The position numbers and the translations under genes are program-made. Shown piece by piece: positions 52,951 to 64,000 of a stretch of 64,000 bases of DNA; the stretch's first letter is position 1; each line of letters starts with the position of its first letter. The stretch is from contig CAWFAK010000008.1 of the NCBI GenBank assembly GCA_963813715.1, forward strand, positions 512,001-576,000, given 5' to 3'. A model generated the notes under the pieces. It was given only the letters and a program-made list of their open reading frames with translations, had not been told where the DNA came from and did no database searches. The stretch comes from an uncultured Planctomycetaceae bacterium (GTDB lineage: Bacteria > Planctomycetota > Planctomycetia > Planctomycetales > Planctomycetaceae).

Positions 52951-54999
52951 ATGGAAGCCGCGGCGCGAGTTACTGCCTGGTCAGGGTGGGGGGGCGGAGT
53001 GAGTCAGTCCGAAGCAATCCCATTTGCGCTCGCGAGCATCCTCTATCTAGCGACCATGATCTTCGTGGTCCTGATGCTGCGCGAACAGGGGGATCGTCGC
53101 CCCTGGCTAATGCTCCTCGGCGCCCTCGGCACGCTGTTCGTGTATCGCATGGTCGGTTTCCTGGTCGTACGGGAAACGCGGCAGGAGCTGGGACCGTGGG
53201 TCACGTTGGTTGTCTCGGCGTGGCTTTTGGCGTCGCTGTTTTATTTCCGCGCGATCACCGTCGCCGGCCGGGAGACCAAGCTGCTCGCCGAACGGCGGAC
53301 GACAGAGCGCGACGAGAGCGAAAGCCGCTACCGCGCGCTGGCGGAACTTTGTCCGGACGTAATGTACGTGAACGTCGACGGCCGGATCTGTTATGTGAAC
53401 GAGGCCGCCGTACGGTTCTTCGGCGCCAAGGATGCCAGCGAGATGTTGGGCCGCTCGCCCATTTCGCTGGCCGCCCCCTCCTCGCGCGACCGTGTCGCGG
53501 CCCGCAGCACGCAGCTGAAATCGGTCGGCCAGGTGACGGTGAGTTCAGCAGGAAGAGTGGCAACGGCTCGACGGTTCGGTCGTGCCCGTGGAGGCGGCGG
53601 CCGCGGTCGTTCCCTGGCAGGGGACGACCGGAATTCTGGTGATGCTACGGGACGTTTCGGAGCGGCGCCACGCAGAGGAGGTGCGGACGCGGCTCCTGGC
53701 CAGCGAGCGCACGGCCCGCAGCGCGGCCGAGCATGCCAACAGCATGAAGGACGAGTTTCTGGCCACGCTCTCGCACGAATTGCGGACGCCGCTCACCGCG
53801 ATTGTCGGCTGGTCGCAAATACTGCTGCGCGGCCGGACGAGCGAAGCCGAAATGTCTCACGGGCTGGAGGCCATCGATCGCAATACCCGCGCCTGACCAA
53901 GCTCGTCGAGGATTTGCTCGACATGAGTTCGATCCTCTCGGGCAAGTTCCGGCTCGAGATGCAGCTGCTAACGCCCCTGCCGATCGTGCAGGCTGCAATC
54001 GAAACGATTAAACCGACGGCCGAAGCCAAGCGGATTCACGTGAAGGCGCGGCTTGATCCGCAAACGGGTCGAGTGCGGGGAGACGCGAATCGGCTGCAGC
54101 AGATCGTCTGGAACCTGCTGACTAACGCCGTCAAATTTACGCCGGAGGACGGGACTGTGTCGGTGACCCTCGATGAGGTCGATGGGCACGTCCGCATTTG
54201 CGTGGCCGACACGGGCCCGGGAATCTCCGCCGACTTTCTCCCCTTTATGTTCGACCGCTTCCGCCAAGCCGACGCGTCGATCCGTCGCAAGCACAGCGGG
54301 TTGGGGATTGGCCTGGCGATCGTGAAGCAACTGGCCGAGATGCACGGCGGCGAAGTTTTTGTGCAGAACACCGGCCACGACGGCACGACCTTCGTCGTCA
54401 CGCTGCCGATGGCCATCAAGCCCGAGCGGAACGGCCAGGACACGCAGGCGGAACAGCCCGACGGTTGCCGAGTATCGTCGAGCAACGGCAAGGTCGACTT
54501 GAGCGGGGTGAAGGTGCTGGTCGTGGACGACGAGCCCGATACGTGCCGCGTGATCAAATGGGCGCTGAGCCAATACCAGGCGGACGTCGTGACGGCCACG
54601 TCCGCCGCCGAGGCGCTGCCGCTGATCGAAGCCTCGGCGCCCGACATTCTGATCAGCGACATCGGCATGCCGGAGGTCGACGGCTACGAATTTTTGAAGC
54701 GGATCCGGTCGTTGCCCAGGGGCCGCGAAATTCCGGCGATCGCACTCACGGCTTTTGCCCGGCCCGAGGACGAAGCAAAGTCGTTGGCCGCCGGCTATTC
54801 GGTGCACATCTCCAAGCCCATCACTCCCGACGCCCTGTCCGCCGCCGTCGCCTCACTCGCGGAACGGGCGGCGCATGCCGCGGGGAGCAGCCCGAGCGGA
54901 TTGGCCAAGCGCGGCCCTGACGTCGCGCGACGGTTGATTCGCCCTCCGCCGGATCTTCGCCGCCGAGCCTCCGGAGCCGATCAATCCACGTTGCCTTGA
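52951..54999 (+). CDS. Hybrid sensor histidine kinase (TM-PAS-HisKA-HATPase-REC; two apparent frameshifts)
   Basis: PAS YVNEAA; H-box [13 protein letters not shown] (ORF 53582-53896); [22 protein letters not shown]; receiver VLVVDDE, SDIGMP, KP. Confidence 0.9.
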   Translation: MEAAARVTAWSGWGGGVSQSEAIPFALASILYLATMIFVVLMLREQGDRRPWLMLLGALGTLFVYRMVGFLVVRETRQELGPWVTLVVSAWLLASLFYFRAITVAGRETKLLAERRTTERDESESRYRALAELCPDVMYVNVDGRICYVNEAAVRFFGAKDASEMLGRSPISLAAPSSRDRVAARSTQLKSVGQVTVSSAGRVATARRFGRARGGGGRGRSLAGDDRNSGDATGRFGAAPRRGGADAAPGQRAHGPQRGRACQQHEGRVSGHALARIADAAHRDCRLVANTAARPDERSRNVSRAGGHRSQYPRLTKLVEDLLDMSSILSGKFRLEMQLLTPLPIVQAAIETIKPTAEAKRIHVKARLDPQTGRVRGDANRLQQIVWNLLTNAVKFTPEDGTVSVTLDEVDGHVRICVADTGPGISADFLPFMFDRFRQADASIRRKHSGLGIGLAIVKQLAEMHGGEVFVQNTGHDGTTFVVTLPMAIKPERNGQDTQAEQPDGCRVSSSNGKVDLSGVKVLVVDDEPDTCRVIKWALSQYQADVVTATSAAEALPLIEASAPDILISDIGMPEVDGYEFLKRIRSLPRGREIPAIALTAFARPEDEAKSLAAGYSVHISKPITPDALSAAVASLAERAAHAAGSSPSGLAKRGPDVARRLIRPPPDLRRRASGADQSTLP

Positions 55000-55262
55000 G
55001 GCAACATGTGGCCGAAACGCATCGTTGTCCCGTCGCTATAACTTGTCGACTGAGTCCACCCGCTCCGATTGACCGCAGAGAGTGACTCGGACGCACGTCC
55101 ACCGATCGCCACAGCCTGTCACTGCGAAAACGCGGACTAGACTTCCTCTGGTCTGCGGATTTTGCGGTGCGCCGATTGCAGCTCAGGCGTTGATCGAAAG
55201 ATTCTTCGCTTCTGGCTGCGACTCGGGCGCATCCGCGAGCAGCCCCAGAGGGCGAGGTGCCG

Positions 55263-56156
55263 ATGCGTTCGTTCATGTGGCTCGGTTGCGGCGTTTTGGC
55301 CCTCGTGGTTGCGGCACGCGGAGGGTCTCCCGCCACAAAGTCCGCATCAGGCTTGGGGTTGTGGCCCAACTCCGGTGAGGCGGCGAGCGATAGTTCGATT
55401 GAGGTGGCCGGCGTGACGCAGTGCGTTCCCGGGCGCCGCGCCAGCATTGCTCCGGTGCCGCTGCATCCCGTGGTGGATGTGAAGGTGGTTCCGGGCGATT
55501 ACGTTAAGAAGGGCCAATTACTCGTCAAATTGGATGACGACGAAGCACGGGCCGACGTGCGGGCGAAACAAGCGCAGCTCGAAAGCGCCCAGTACTCGGC
55601 CGCGGAAGCCCGCCGCTTTCTCACCAAGGCGCGAGCAAAGCAAGCCGTGCTGCCCGAGCAACGACTCCACGAGGCCGAGCTGGCCGTTCGCAAGTCGGAA
55701 GCCGACGAGCGCGCGGCGCGGGCCGCCCTGGACTCGTCCGAGGCCGAGCTGGAGCATTTCAGCGTCTCGGCCGTCATCGACGGCGTCGTGAGCTGGCTCG
55801 AGGTTTATCCGGGCCTGGTCTCGCGGCCCGGCACGTCGCTCTGGGGCGAAATCGTCGACATCCGCGAGCTCGACGTGCGCTGCGAGGTGACTTCGGAGCA
55901 AGCCGACGAGGTGTCGCTCGGCGAACCGGTCGAGCTACGCACGTCTGATGGGAAACGTGCCTTGCCGCTCGGCCACGTGATCTACATTGCTCCGGTTGCC
56001 GATCCCAAAACCAAGCAAGTGCCGATTCTGGTGCGAATCCACAACCGCGATCAGCGGGTTCGCTCCGGCATTTCTGTCGCGATGCGATTCGCGCCGCTTG
56101 GCGTCGATAGCAAGGCAGGTATCGACAACAAGTTAACGGCGGCCAAAGGCGAGTGA
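55263..56156 (+). CDS. Efflux RND-type membrane fusion protein (periplasmic adaptor)
   Basis: Lipoyl halves V.PGDYVKKGQLLVKLD and SAVIDGVV, helical hairpin, YIAPVADPKT..V. Confidence 0.85.
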   Translation: MRSFMWLGCGVLALVVAARGGSPATKSASGLGLWPNSGEAASDSSIEVAGVTQCVPGRRASIAPVPLHPVVDVKVVPGDYVKKGQLLVKLDDDEARADVRAKQAQLESAQYSAAEARRFLTKARAKQAVLPEQRLHEAELAVRKSEADERAARAALDSSEAELEHFSVSAVIDGVVSWLEVYPGLVSRPGTSLWGEIVDIRELDVRCEVTSEQADEVSLGEPVELRTSDGKRALPLGHVIYIAPVADPKTKQVPILVRIHNRDQRVRSGISVAMRFAPLGVDSKAGIDNKLTAAKGE

Positions 56157-56235
56157 CTGGCGTTCCCGCATTTGCCGGAAGGCGAGAGCGCTCCCGTTTC
56201 GTGTCGGTGCGTTTGAGCTCTAGTCCAACGGCTGG

Positions 56236-56637
56236 CTAGCGTTTGCCCACGCGCTCCTTCGCTTCCAGCCGGGCGAGAATCGGACCGAGGGCGCGGGCAT
56301 CCGCGCCGCTGACCTTTCGGCTCTTGCTCGCATAGGCCAAGAGCGGGGCAATCCGCCCCTCGAGCGCGTCGTCGACGAACGTCCCCACGATTTGAGCCAA
56401 CAGCGTGGCCCGCGAGACGTTGCATTTATAGCGCAACAAATAGCCGACCTTGCTCCGCTTGAGATAGCCTTTTTGCGTCAGCCGTTCCATCACGGTGAGC
56501 ACGGTCGTGCGGGCGCGGCCCGTCTTCTTCTCGAAGTGGGCCGTGATGTCGCGAGCCAGGATTGTCCCGCCGTCGGCGACGTGCAGGAGAATGGCCCGTT
56601 CCAGGCTACCGAGATTGTGACGCAGATGTGCCATCAT
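56236..56637 (-). CDS. BlaI/MecI/CopY family repressor (no adjacent M56 gene)
   Basis: LGSLERAIL, ARTTVLTVMERLTQKGYLKR, FVDDALEG..PLLAY. Confidence 0.85.
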   Translation of the reverse strand: MMAHLRHNLGSLERAILLHVADGGTILARDITAHFEKKTGRARTTVLTVMERLTQKGYLKRSKVGYLLRYKCNVSRATLLAQIVGTFVDDALEGRIAPLLAYASKSRKVSGADARALGPILARLEAKERVGKR

Positions 56638-56875
56638 TGGGCCTCCGCCGACTACGCGTCTCGCCGCAGCCATTTTTCCCGCAGTCTATTTTTACAGTCG
56701 CGCAGGTCAAGAGGCCAGCGGGCGCCCCGGCGACACTCGTCGCGCGTGGGTGGCGCTGCTTCGAGAACAGAGGTTGAGGAAGAGAGGTTCAGGAGGAGAG
56801 ACCGACCGTACCGTCGGTCCCGCAATGTCCTGGCTCAGACTTACGAGAGTCGCCCGAGTGCGTCAAAATGGTGGC

Positions 56876-57391
56876 ATGATCACCACTCAGTTCCGCGGCC
56901 GTCAGTGGCTGGCGGCCTTCGTGCTGCTTGCGGCCCCAGTCTGCGTGTCTGCCTCGGCGGTCGCCTCCGATATCGAACTTTCGATCGACATCAAAGCGAA
57001 CGGGCAACATGTCCGCAGCACGCGCACCGAAATCGAACCGTCGCCGCAAAAGCCGCTCGCCCGGCCGGTGTGCCGTCTGAAGTTGCACAAGGACTTCAGC
57101 GTCAGTTGGAAGGCGACGAACGGCAGCAAGCGGGAGACATTCAAGGACGTGATGATTCACTGCGTCGTCGTGGCCGAAAACGAGCCCGGACAGCTCAAAG
57201 TGCCCTCGCTCAAAGATCCGACGCAAGAGGCGGCCCTGACCATGGACTTCAAGCCCGGCAGCAGCGCGTCGGGCAAATTCTCGCTCACGATCGACGAACC
57301 GGGAGCCTATTTACTGCGAGTCGAGACTCGCGAAATGCTCGCCACGCACGGCCATGAACACTACGCGGCCATTGATTTGGTGTGCGAATAG
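56876..57391 (+). CDS. Hypothetical secreted beta-rich protein
   Basis: Signal-like AAFVLLAAPVCVSASAVA; C-terminal PGAYLLRVET...HGHEHYAAIDL. Confidence 0.65.
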   Translation: MITTQFRGRQWLAAFVLLAAPVCVSASAVASDIELSIDIKANGQHVRSTRTEIEPSPQKPLARPVCRLKLHKDFSVSWKATNGSKRETFKDVMIHCVVVAENEPGQLKVPSLKDPTQEAALTMDFKPGSSASGKFSLTIDEPGAYLLRVETREMLATHGHEHYAAIDLVCE

Positions 57392-57594
57392 CGTTCTCGG
57401 CCTACTCGTCGCCGGCTTCCTCGTTGCCGCGACCGGGCGCGGAGCGAACCTGCCCGCATCAATCCGCGGGTAATTGCTGGCCCTAATAGTGAAGCGTCGC
57501 CCGTCGCGACGAAGGCCGTCTTCTCATCGATGGCTCGGTCTCACTCGATAGGCCCCGCGGCATGGCGATTTCGCTTTCGGTGCCGATTTTTTTC

Positions 57595-57645
57595 TTGATT
57601 TGACGAACATATTCGTTATCCTGGGGCGAATACGAACATATTCGT
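57595..57645 (+). promoter_or_regulatory. Promoter with two identical palindromic operators (BlaI-type)
   Basis: ACGAACATATTCGT at 57603-57616 and 57632-57645; TTGATT (57595)-16 bp-TATCCT (57617). Confidence 0.8.
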
Positions 57646-57666
57646 CGACCCCTCCAGGATGCTGCG

Positions 57667-58056
57667 ATGCCCAGAAGTCCGTCGAGCCGGCCAAACGACG
57701 TCGAGCTGGCCATTCTTCGCGTCATCTGGAGTCGCGAGGCCTGCACGGTCCGCGAGGTGCACGACGCCCTGCGGGCCGAGCGCGATACCGGCTACACCAG
57801 CACCCTCAAGATGATGCAGGTGATGTGTGAAAAAGGGCTGCTCAAGCGGGAAGATTCCCAGCGGCCCCAGGTCTATCGGCCGGCCATCCCCCAAGAGCAG
57901 ACGCAGAAAAAAATCGTACGCGACCTCGTCAAGACGGTGTTTGGAGGCTCGGCCCGCAAGCTGGTTATGCAGGCCGTGCAATCGCACAAAATCAGCCGCC
58001 AGGAATTGAAGGAAATCCGCAACTTGCTGGATCAGCTCGAGGAGGGCCAGACATGA
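57667..58056 (+). CDS. BlaI/MecI/CopY family repressor
   Basis: ELAILRVIW...TVREVH...YTSTLKMMQVMCEKGLL, VFGGSARKLV; ATGA overlap with the M56 gene. Confidence 0.93.
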   Translation: MPRSPSSRPNDVELAILRVIWSREACTVREVHDALRAERDTGYTSTLKMMQVMCEKGLLKREDSQRPQVYRPAIPQEQTQKKIVRDLVKTVFGGSARKLVMQAVQSHKISRQELKEIRNLLDQLEEGQT

Positions 58057-61000
58057 ACGCGCTGCGGACTCTCGTCGACTCGCCGGTGATTGAGCGTTTG
58101 GGTTGGACGTTGTTGCACTCGGTCTGGCAGGGGCTGGCGGTGGCGATCGTGCTCGCGCTGTGTTTGCCGCTGCTGCGACGGCGCGGTGCGCGGGCGTCGT
58201 ACGGGGCTTGCTGCGGTGCCCTGCTGCTCAGCGTGTTTTTGCCGGCGATGACGTACTGTCTGCTGCCCGAACCGCAAAGGCCCGTGACCATGCCCGGCGC
58301 GTCGGCGCCCGAACGAAGTCAGCCGGTCGCATCGGAGCCGACGCCGGCAGCGCGTCCGATCCCGAGCATGGCCATTGCACCGCTGGATGATTTTGCCAGA
58401 GACGGCTTCGATCGCGCACCGAAGGAACAGTCCCGCACCGCACCCTCCGCGGGTCAGCAGGCGTCGATCGCGCAACCTGCGAAGAGCGTCTCTTCCCCGA
58501 AGACGTCCCCCGCACAGGCGTCCTCGCCGCCCCCGTCGGTTCCGGCCGCATCATGGATCGATCGCGGCGCCGCACTCGCGCACAGACTTCGTGATCGACT
58601 GTCGCAATGGATGGCTTGGATCGTTCTGGTCTGGAGCGTCGGAGTGTTGGGACTGTCGCTTTGGAACGTGGGAGGCTGGTTCGCGGCACGTCGGCTCAAA
58701 AAGAGCGGAACCATTCCGGCCCCGGTCGCGATCCAACGAGCCGCAGTCCGCATCGCCGAGCAACTTGGCCTCACACGCGGCGTGCGGCTGTTGCAGTCAG
58801 CCCTCGTCGATTCGCCGGTGGTAATCGGCGCGCTCAAGCCCGTCATCCTCCTGCCGGCGAGCCTGGTCACGGAGATTCCGACCGATCAGCTGGAATCGCT
58901 CTTGGCCCACGAGTTGGCTCATGTGCTGCGGCACGACTACCTCGTCAACCTGATCCAATCCGCGATCGAGACGCTGCTCTTCTATCATCCGGCCGTCTGG
59001 TGGATTTCGGCCCAGGTGCGAGCCGAGCGCGAGAACTGTTGCGACGACCTGGCGCTCGCCGTCGCCTCCGATCGGGCCGTTTACGTGCGGGCGCTAGCCA
59101 GCGTCGCGGGTGTGCGCCCTTCGCGAGTCGTGCCTGCCGCGTCCGGCGGCCGACTGATCGTGCCGCCTGCAGCGAATCCTGGGGGTCGTCGATCCAGTGG
59201 CCGCGCATCCGTCGCGCTGGTTGACCGGCGTGGCGATTCTCTCGCTGTGCGGGGCGGCAATCGCATTCTCTGCTCTTAGTTCGCATCCCGTGAAGGCGCA
59301 GGCTCCCGCGCCGCAGGAGCAGAAGAAGCCGGACTCGAATTCGGGGCAGTCGAAAGCCCCGCAACAAAAAGTTCCGCAGTCCAAACCCGAAGCCGGGAAG
59401 AACGAGAGGGTCAAGCCGCGGATCCCGGCAAAGTCGCCCCAGGCGCCGGTCCCCGCGTCCGCCGCCGCACCGCCGGAAGCATTTAAGGAGCCGCAATTCC
59501 CGACGAAGGGGCAGATGCAGATTCGGGTCATCGATGCGGCGGGAAAGCCGATCCCCCAGGCCTTCATCCAGACTTCCATCTGGACCGAAGAAAAAAACTT
59601 CCGCGCGAATCGGAATTACAAATGCGATTCGCAGGGCGTCACCACGATCGTCTTGCCAAAAACTTTGTCGATTCTGCGGATCTGGACTTCAAAGCGCGGC
59701 TATGTTGGAGAGTTCCAGAATTTCCAGACCAATACGCGCGTCCACGAGTTGAAGATCCCGGACGAATTTGTCGTCCGTCTCTCCAAAGGAGCGAGCCTTC
59801 GCGGCATCGTGAAGAACGAAAAAGGGGAGCCGGTTCAGGGCGCCCGGATCGAATGGGAATGGCCGGCCAACGAATTGGTGCAGAGCGATGCCCAGGGGCG
59901 CTGGCAGGTCGACGACGTGCGGCCTGGCAACAAATACGAGGTGAAAGCGATTCACCCGGACTACGTCGGCAACGAAGTCGGCGGCGGATGGAGCAGCCAA
60001 AAGGTCACTGCAGCGGTGGGAATCACCGAAGTGCCGGCAATCATCCTGCGTCGCGGGATTCGCGCCCTGGTGAGGGTGACCGATCCTTCGGGCAAGCCGG
60101 TTCAAGGCGCCGCCGTGATCTGGGGAGACAATCCGTATTTTCGGGCGCGCGACACAGCCGCGCTCACCGATGCGAAAGGCTTTTGCAGTTTGCCGGCGTT
60201 TCCCGACGGGCCGATGCGAATCAGCGTGGTGCTCAAAGACTGGATGCCCGATTCGCGAGAGGTCAACATCGCGCCGAACATGCGTCCGGTCGATTTTCAA
60301 CTGCGACCCGGCAGGAAACTGCGGATTCGGTTCGTCGACCGGGCTGGCGCTCCCCTCCCTGGCGTTTTCGTTTCAATCGAAGGCTGGCGCGGCGTTCGCA
60401 ACCTCGCGTCGAACGTGAACGGCGTCGTGAAGTTCAAGATCCCGAACACCTCTGACAAGCAGGGGATCTTCGAGTGGGATTGGGCGCCCGACGATGCCGT
60501 CAACTACGGCTTCGGCATCGAGGGTTTCGCGGACATGGAGCAGGCGCTGACCGCCGACGGCCGGGAGCACGTCGTCACCTTCAACCGCGAGTTGCACATT
60601 TCGGGACGCGTACGCGACGCGGTCACGGGGCGCAATATCGAAAAGTTCGTCGTTGTGCCCGTCATCCATTTTCGGCCCGATTTTCCGGACCTCGATCGCC
60701 GCCAATCGCGGCAGGGGAAAGCGGGCACTTTTGCGATGGCATTCGACCGCACCGATATCGAGCACGGCGTCCAGATCGAGGCGCCCGGCTACAAGACGTA
60801 CCGCACGAGCGAGCGCTATCCCATCGGCGGCCCGGACCGCGTCCTCGACATCCGATTACGGCCCGCGCCGCATTACACCGGACGGGTCCTCGGCCCCGAC
60901 GGTCGGCCCGTTCAAGGAGTCCGCGTTGCCCTTTCGTCGCGCTTGGAGCAACTCGACGGAGACATCTTCAACGAGCGCGCCTTCAACAAGCCGAAAAAAG

Positions 61001-64000
61001 ACGAAGACGACGACAACGACGACTCAAACAAACGTGGGACGTCTGGCCGCAACGGCGCGTTTGAGATCGCTTCGCAACTGGAACCGTATGTGTTGGTCAT
61101 CGTCACGCGCGAAGGCTTCGCCGAAGTCAATCGGCGGGCGGACCAGCTTCCGGGCGAGATTCGCCTCCAGCGCTGGGCGTCGCTCACTGGGCGGCTCGTG
61201 CAGTCGGGAAAGCCAGTCGCCGATTGCGACATCGTTCTCCGCCCCATTCGTCCGATGGGCGGGGATGAGCCTCACAATTTCTCGCAATTGACCGCGAAGA
61301 CCGCAGCCGACGGCTCGTTCGCGTTTCCGCGAGTTCCACCCGTGCCGTGCAGCGTCGAAGGCTTTCTGCATTGGAGCGTCAAGTCGCCACTGACGGCCAG
61401 CCGATCCGTGCCGTTGCATCCTGCCCCTGGTGAAGATGTCCATGTCGAACTTGGGGCCGGCGGAATCGAGGTGACCGGCCAGTTGGTCGCCGAGAATCAG
61501 CCGCCCGGATTCGACTATCACTTCGGCCTCAACTATCTCGTGGCGCGGCGGCCGGGGATCGAACCGCCGGAATTTCTTGCCGGAAAAGGATTCGATTGGA
61601 AGCGCGGCTGGAACGACTCTTGGCTGCACTCGTCCGAAGGCGGCGCGTACCTCAACACGCTGCATCAGTGGTTCGTCAAACCCGAGCCGGACGGTCGATT
61701 CCACATCTCGGGAGTCGAGCCGGGCACGTATGACTTCGCCGTCAACCTCTACGGGACGACGGAAGGCTGCCTGGTGCATCCGATCGCGACGGGGGTCGTG
61801 CACTTCACCGTCAAACCGGGCGACAAACAGCTCGACTTGGGCAAAGTTTCGATCCCCTCGTTCACGCTGCCAAAAGTCGGCGACGTTGCCGCCGACTTCG
61901 AGTTTGCCGCACCCGACGGCACCAAATCTCATCTCGCCGCGTTGCGGGGAAAATACGTCTCTGATCGATTTCTGGGCGACATGGTGCGGCCCATGTGTCG
62001 CGAAGCTCGACGAGATCGAGCGCTTGCGAAAAGAGTTCCGCGCGGACAAGGAGCTGGTCGTCGTCGGAGCCAATCTCGATTCGGATCCGGAACGGACCCG
62101 CGAATTCCTCAAATCGAAACCACTCCCGTGGCAGCACGCCTTGCTGGGCGACTGGGCCAATACCGACGTGCCGCGGCGTTACGCGATTTCAAGCGTGCCG
62201 GCCTGCGTGTTGATCGATCCGCAAGGCCGCATCCTCGCGAGCGAGTACTCGCTCGAGTCGCTCGAAGGAAAGTTGAAAGATCTCTCCAAAAAGCCGATCA
62301 CGTCACCGACCAAGACCGAAAAGCCGCAGGCGCAGAAATCCACGCAGACAATGCAAATCGCGGCGGCCGATCCCAAAGCGGCCAAAGCCGACTCTCAGGC
62401 GTCCAAAGCAGCCGAGGCGCTGGACGCTGCGCACCCACGGTCAAATGCGGGTCGAAGTCGTCGATGATGCCGGCAAGCCGGTGGCGGATGCCGTTGTCCG
62501 AGTCGAGGCGGGGACGGTCGACGACTTGGAGGATAAACGCGCCTACGAGTGCGATGCGCATGGACGGACCACCGTTGAATTGCCCAAAACCGTCTCTGGT
62601 CTGCGCCTCTCCGCCTCCAAGCCGGGTTTTTGTGCCGAGCAAAAGAGCTTTTGGCCCAAGAATCGAACCGATCACTCGTTCATCGCGGACGAACATCGAT
62701 TTCGGCTCGTCCGCCCAATCCCGATCGGCGGGATTGTGAAGGACGACGAGGGGCGAATGATTGCAGGGGCGAGGCTGCGGTTCTTCGATCCGGGCGCCTA
62801 CCGAAATATCGACGCGATTTGCGACGCACAGGGGCACTGGCGTCTCGACGCGCGCCCCGATCGAGGCACGCAGCTCAATAGCGTGACGCATCCCGACTAT
62901 CTCGCCAATTACCTGTCGAACGCGCACTCATCGCAGCAAAACGTGACCGACGACGCGCTCCGGTCGCAGAAAGCCGTCGTAGTGATGCGCAAGGGCGTTT
63001 CCGTCCGAGGCCGAGTCACCGATACCGGCGGAAAGCCGGTCCCCGACGCGGCCGTCTTTTGGGGACCGGGCGGGAGAAACATGGGTTCGGAACAGTGTCG
63101 CACCGACCAAGCCGGACAGTTCCGGTTTCAAGTCGCGACGACGGGACCGCAGAAAGTGGCCGTCGTCGCCAAAGGCTGGATGCCAGACCAGCAGGCAGTT
63201 CTGGTCTCGCCCACAATGCCCTCCGTCGACTTTCAGTTGAAAGCCGGCAGGAAACTCCGATTGCGAATCGTCGACCGCTCCGGCGCGCCGGTCCCCGGCG
63301 TCTTGACGACGGTCGAAACCTGGCGCGGCGCCTACTTGATCGACAACCGTCCCTCCTATGGTCCCGATGCCGTCGACATTCCGTCACGCACCGACAAAGA
63401 CGGCCGGCTCGAATGGGATTCGGCACCGGACGACCCTGTGACTTTCAGCCTCGGGAAGCAGGGCTACGCGAATACCGAAGTGACGGTCACGGCCGACGGG
63501 AGCGAGCAGACGCGGGCCATCACTCCGTCGTTGCACATTTCGGGCAGCGTCGTCGACGCAAAGACCGGGCGACCGATCGATCATTTCCAAGTCATCCCGA
63601 TCCAGTATCCGACTCCCGAAATCCCAACTCTGTTGCGAGGCGACGGCTGGGGGGGCGGCACACGAGAGGTCCAATTCCTCGGGGGAGGGCGATTTGACAC
63701 GCAGTGCGGGCGCGCGGACGTCGAACATGGTGTCCAGATCGAAGCACGCGGGTACAAGACCTTCCGAGATCCCCACCGATACCGCATTGGCGACCCGAAT
63801 CCCGAGCTGGCGGTGCGCCTTGAGCCGAGCGATCGATTCCGCGGACGCATTGTGGATGCGGCCGGCCATCCCGCGTCGGAAGCGAGGATCCTGGTGCAGA
63901 CGTGGTCCGAGGGAGGATTTTCGATGGATCTCTCGTCTTTGACGACCTCCAGAAACCTCCATCACACAATCGACGTCGATAACGACGGCGCGTTCGAAAT
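58053..64000 (+). CDS. Giant BlaR1-like M56 metallopeptidase fused to beta-sandwich repeats and a TlpA-type thioredoxin (frameshifts ~59170, ~61960, ~62440; runs off the right edge)
   Basis: LGWTLLHSVWQG, SPVVIGALKPVILLP, HELAHVLRHDY, YHPAVWW, RENCCD; DFWATWCGPC at ~61966-61996; duplicated GQM...GKP modules. Confidence 0.85.

Noticed and set aside
56640..56710. Operator for the orphan BlaI
   Set aside because: Only weak, degenerate TAC...GCAG half-sites; not convincing.
58053..59279. Beta-lactam resistance (bla/mec) locus
   Set aside because: No beta-lactamase, PBP2a or penicillin-binding sensor domain in the window.

Overview
GC-rich bacterial chromosomal segment, most consistent with a Planctomycete (vWA/HEAT/LRR proteins, an ECF sigma paired with a Ser/Thr kinase, giant BlaR1-like M56 fusions, KdsA). 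About 30 apparent single-base frameshifts occur even in core genes (nuoN, nuoL, nuoJ, ureC), which points to uncorrected long-read indel errors rather than real pseudogenes. Content in order: nuoH-J-K-L-M-N; HEAT-repeat and membrane genes; HAD, DAG-kinase, kdsA and a lipoprotein; a vWA protein; an aminotransferase and VanZ; a CxxCH protein; an ECF sigma followed by a ~2000-aa receptor-like kinase with a duplicated LRR ectodomain; a sigma70 with SRPBCC-TIGR01777; a GT-C/SGNH envelope-modification cluster; a Tat-exported Cys-rich (bufferin-A2-like) protein, an FmdC-like porin and ureABCFGD without ureE; ArsR-SRPBCC; a triple-YbjQ protein; a hybrid histidine kinase; and two BlaI repressors with a giant M56 peptidase-thioredoxin fusion. 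Several MITE/REP elements and clear operator/promoter sites are visible. No rRNA, tRNA, CRISPR array or transposase was found. The most interesting candidates are the Cys-rich peptide/porin/UreE-less urease locus, the BlaI/M56-thioredoxin system with its operator, and the ECF plus LRR receptor kinase.
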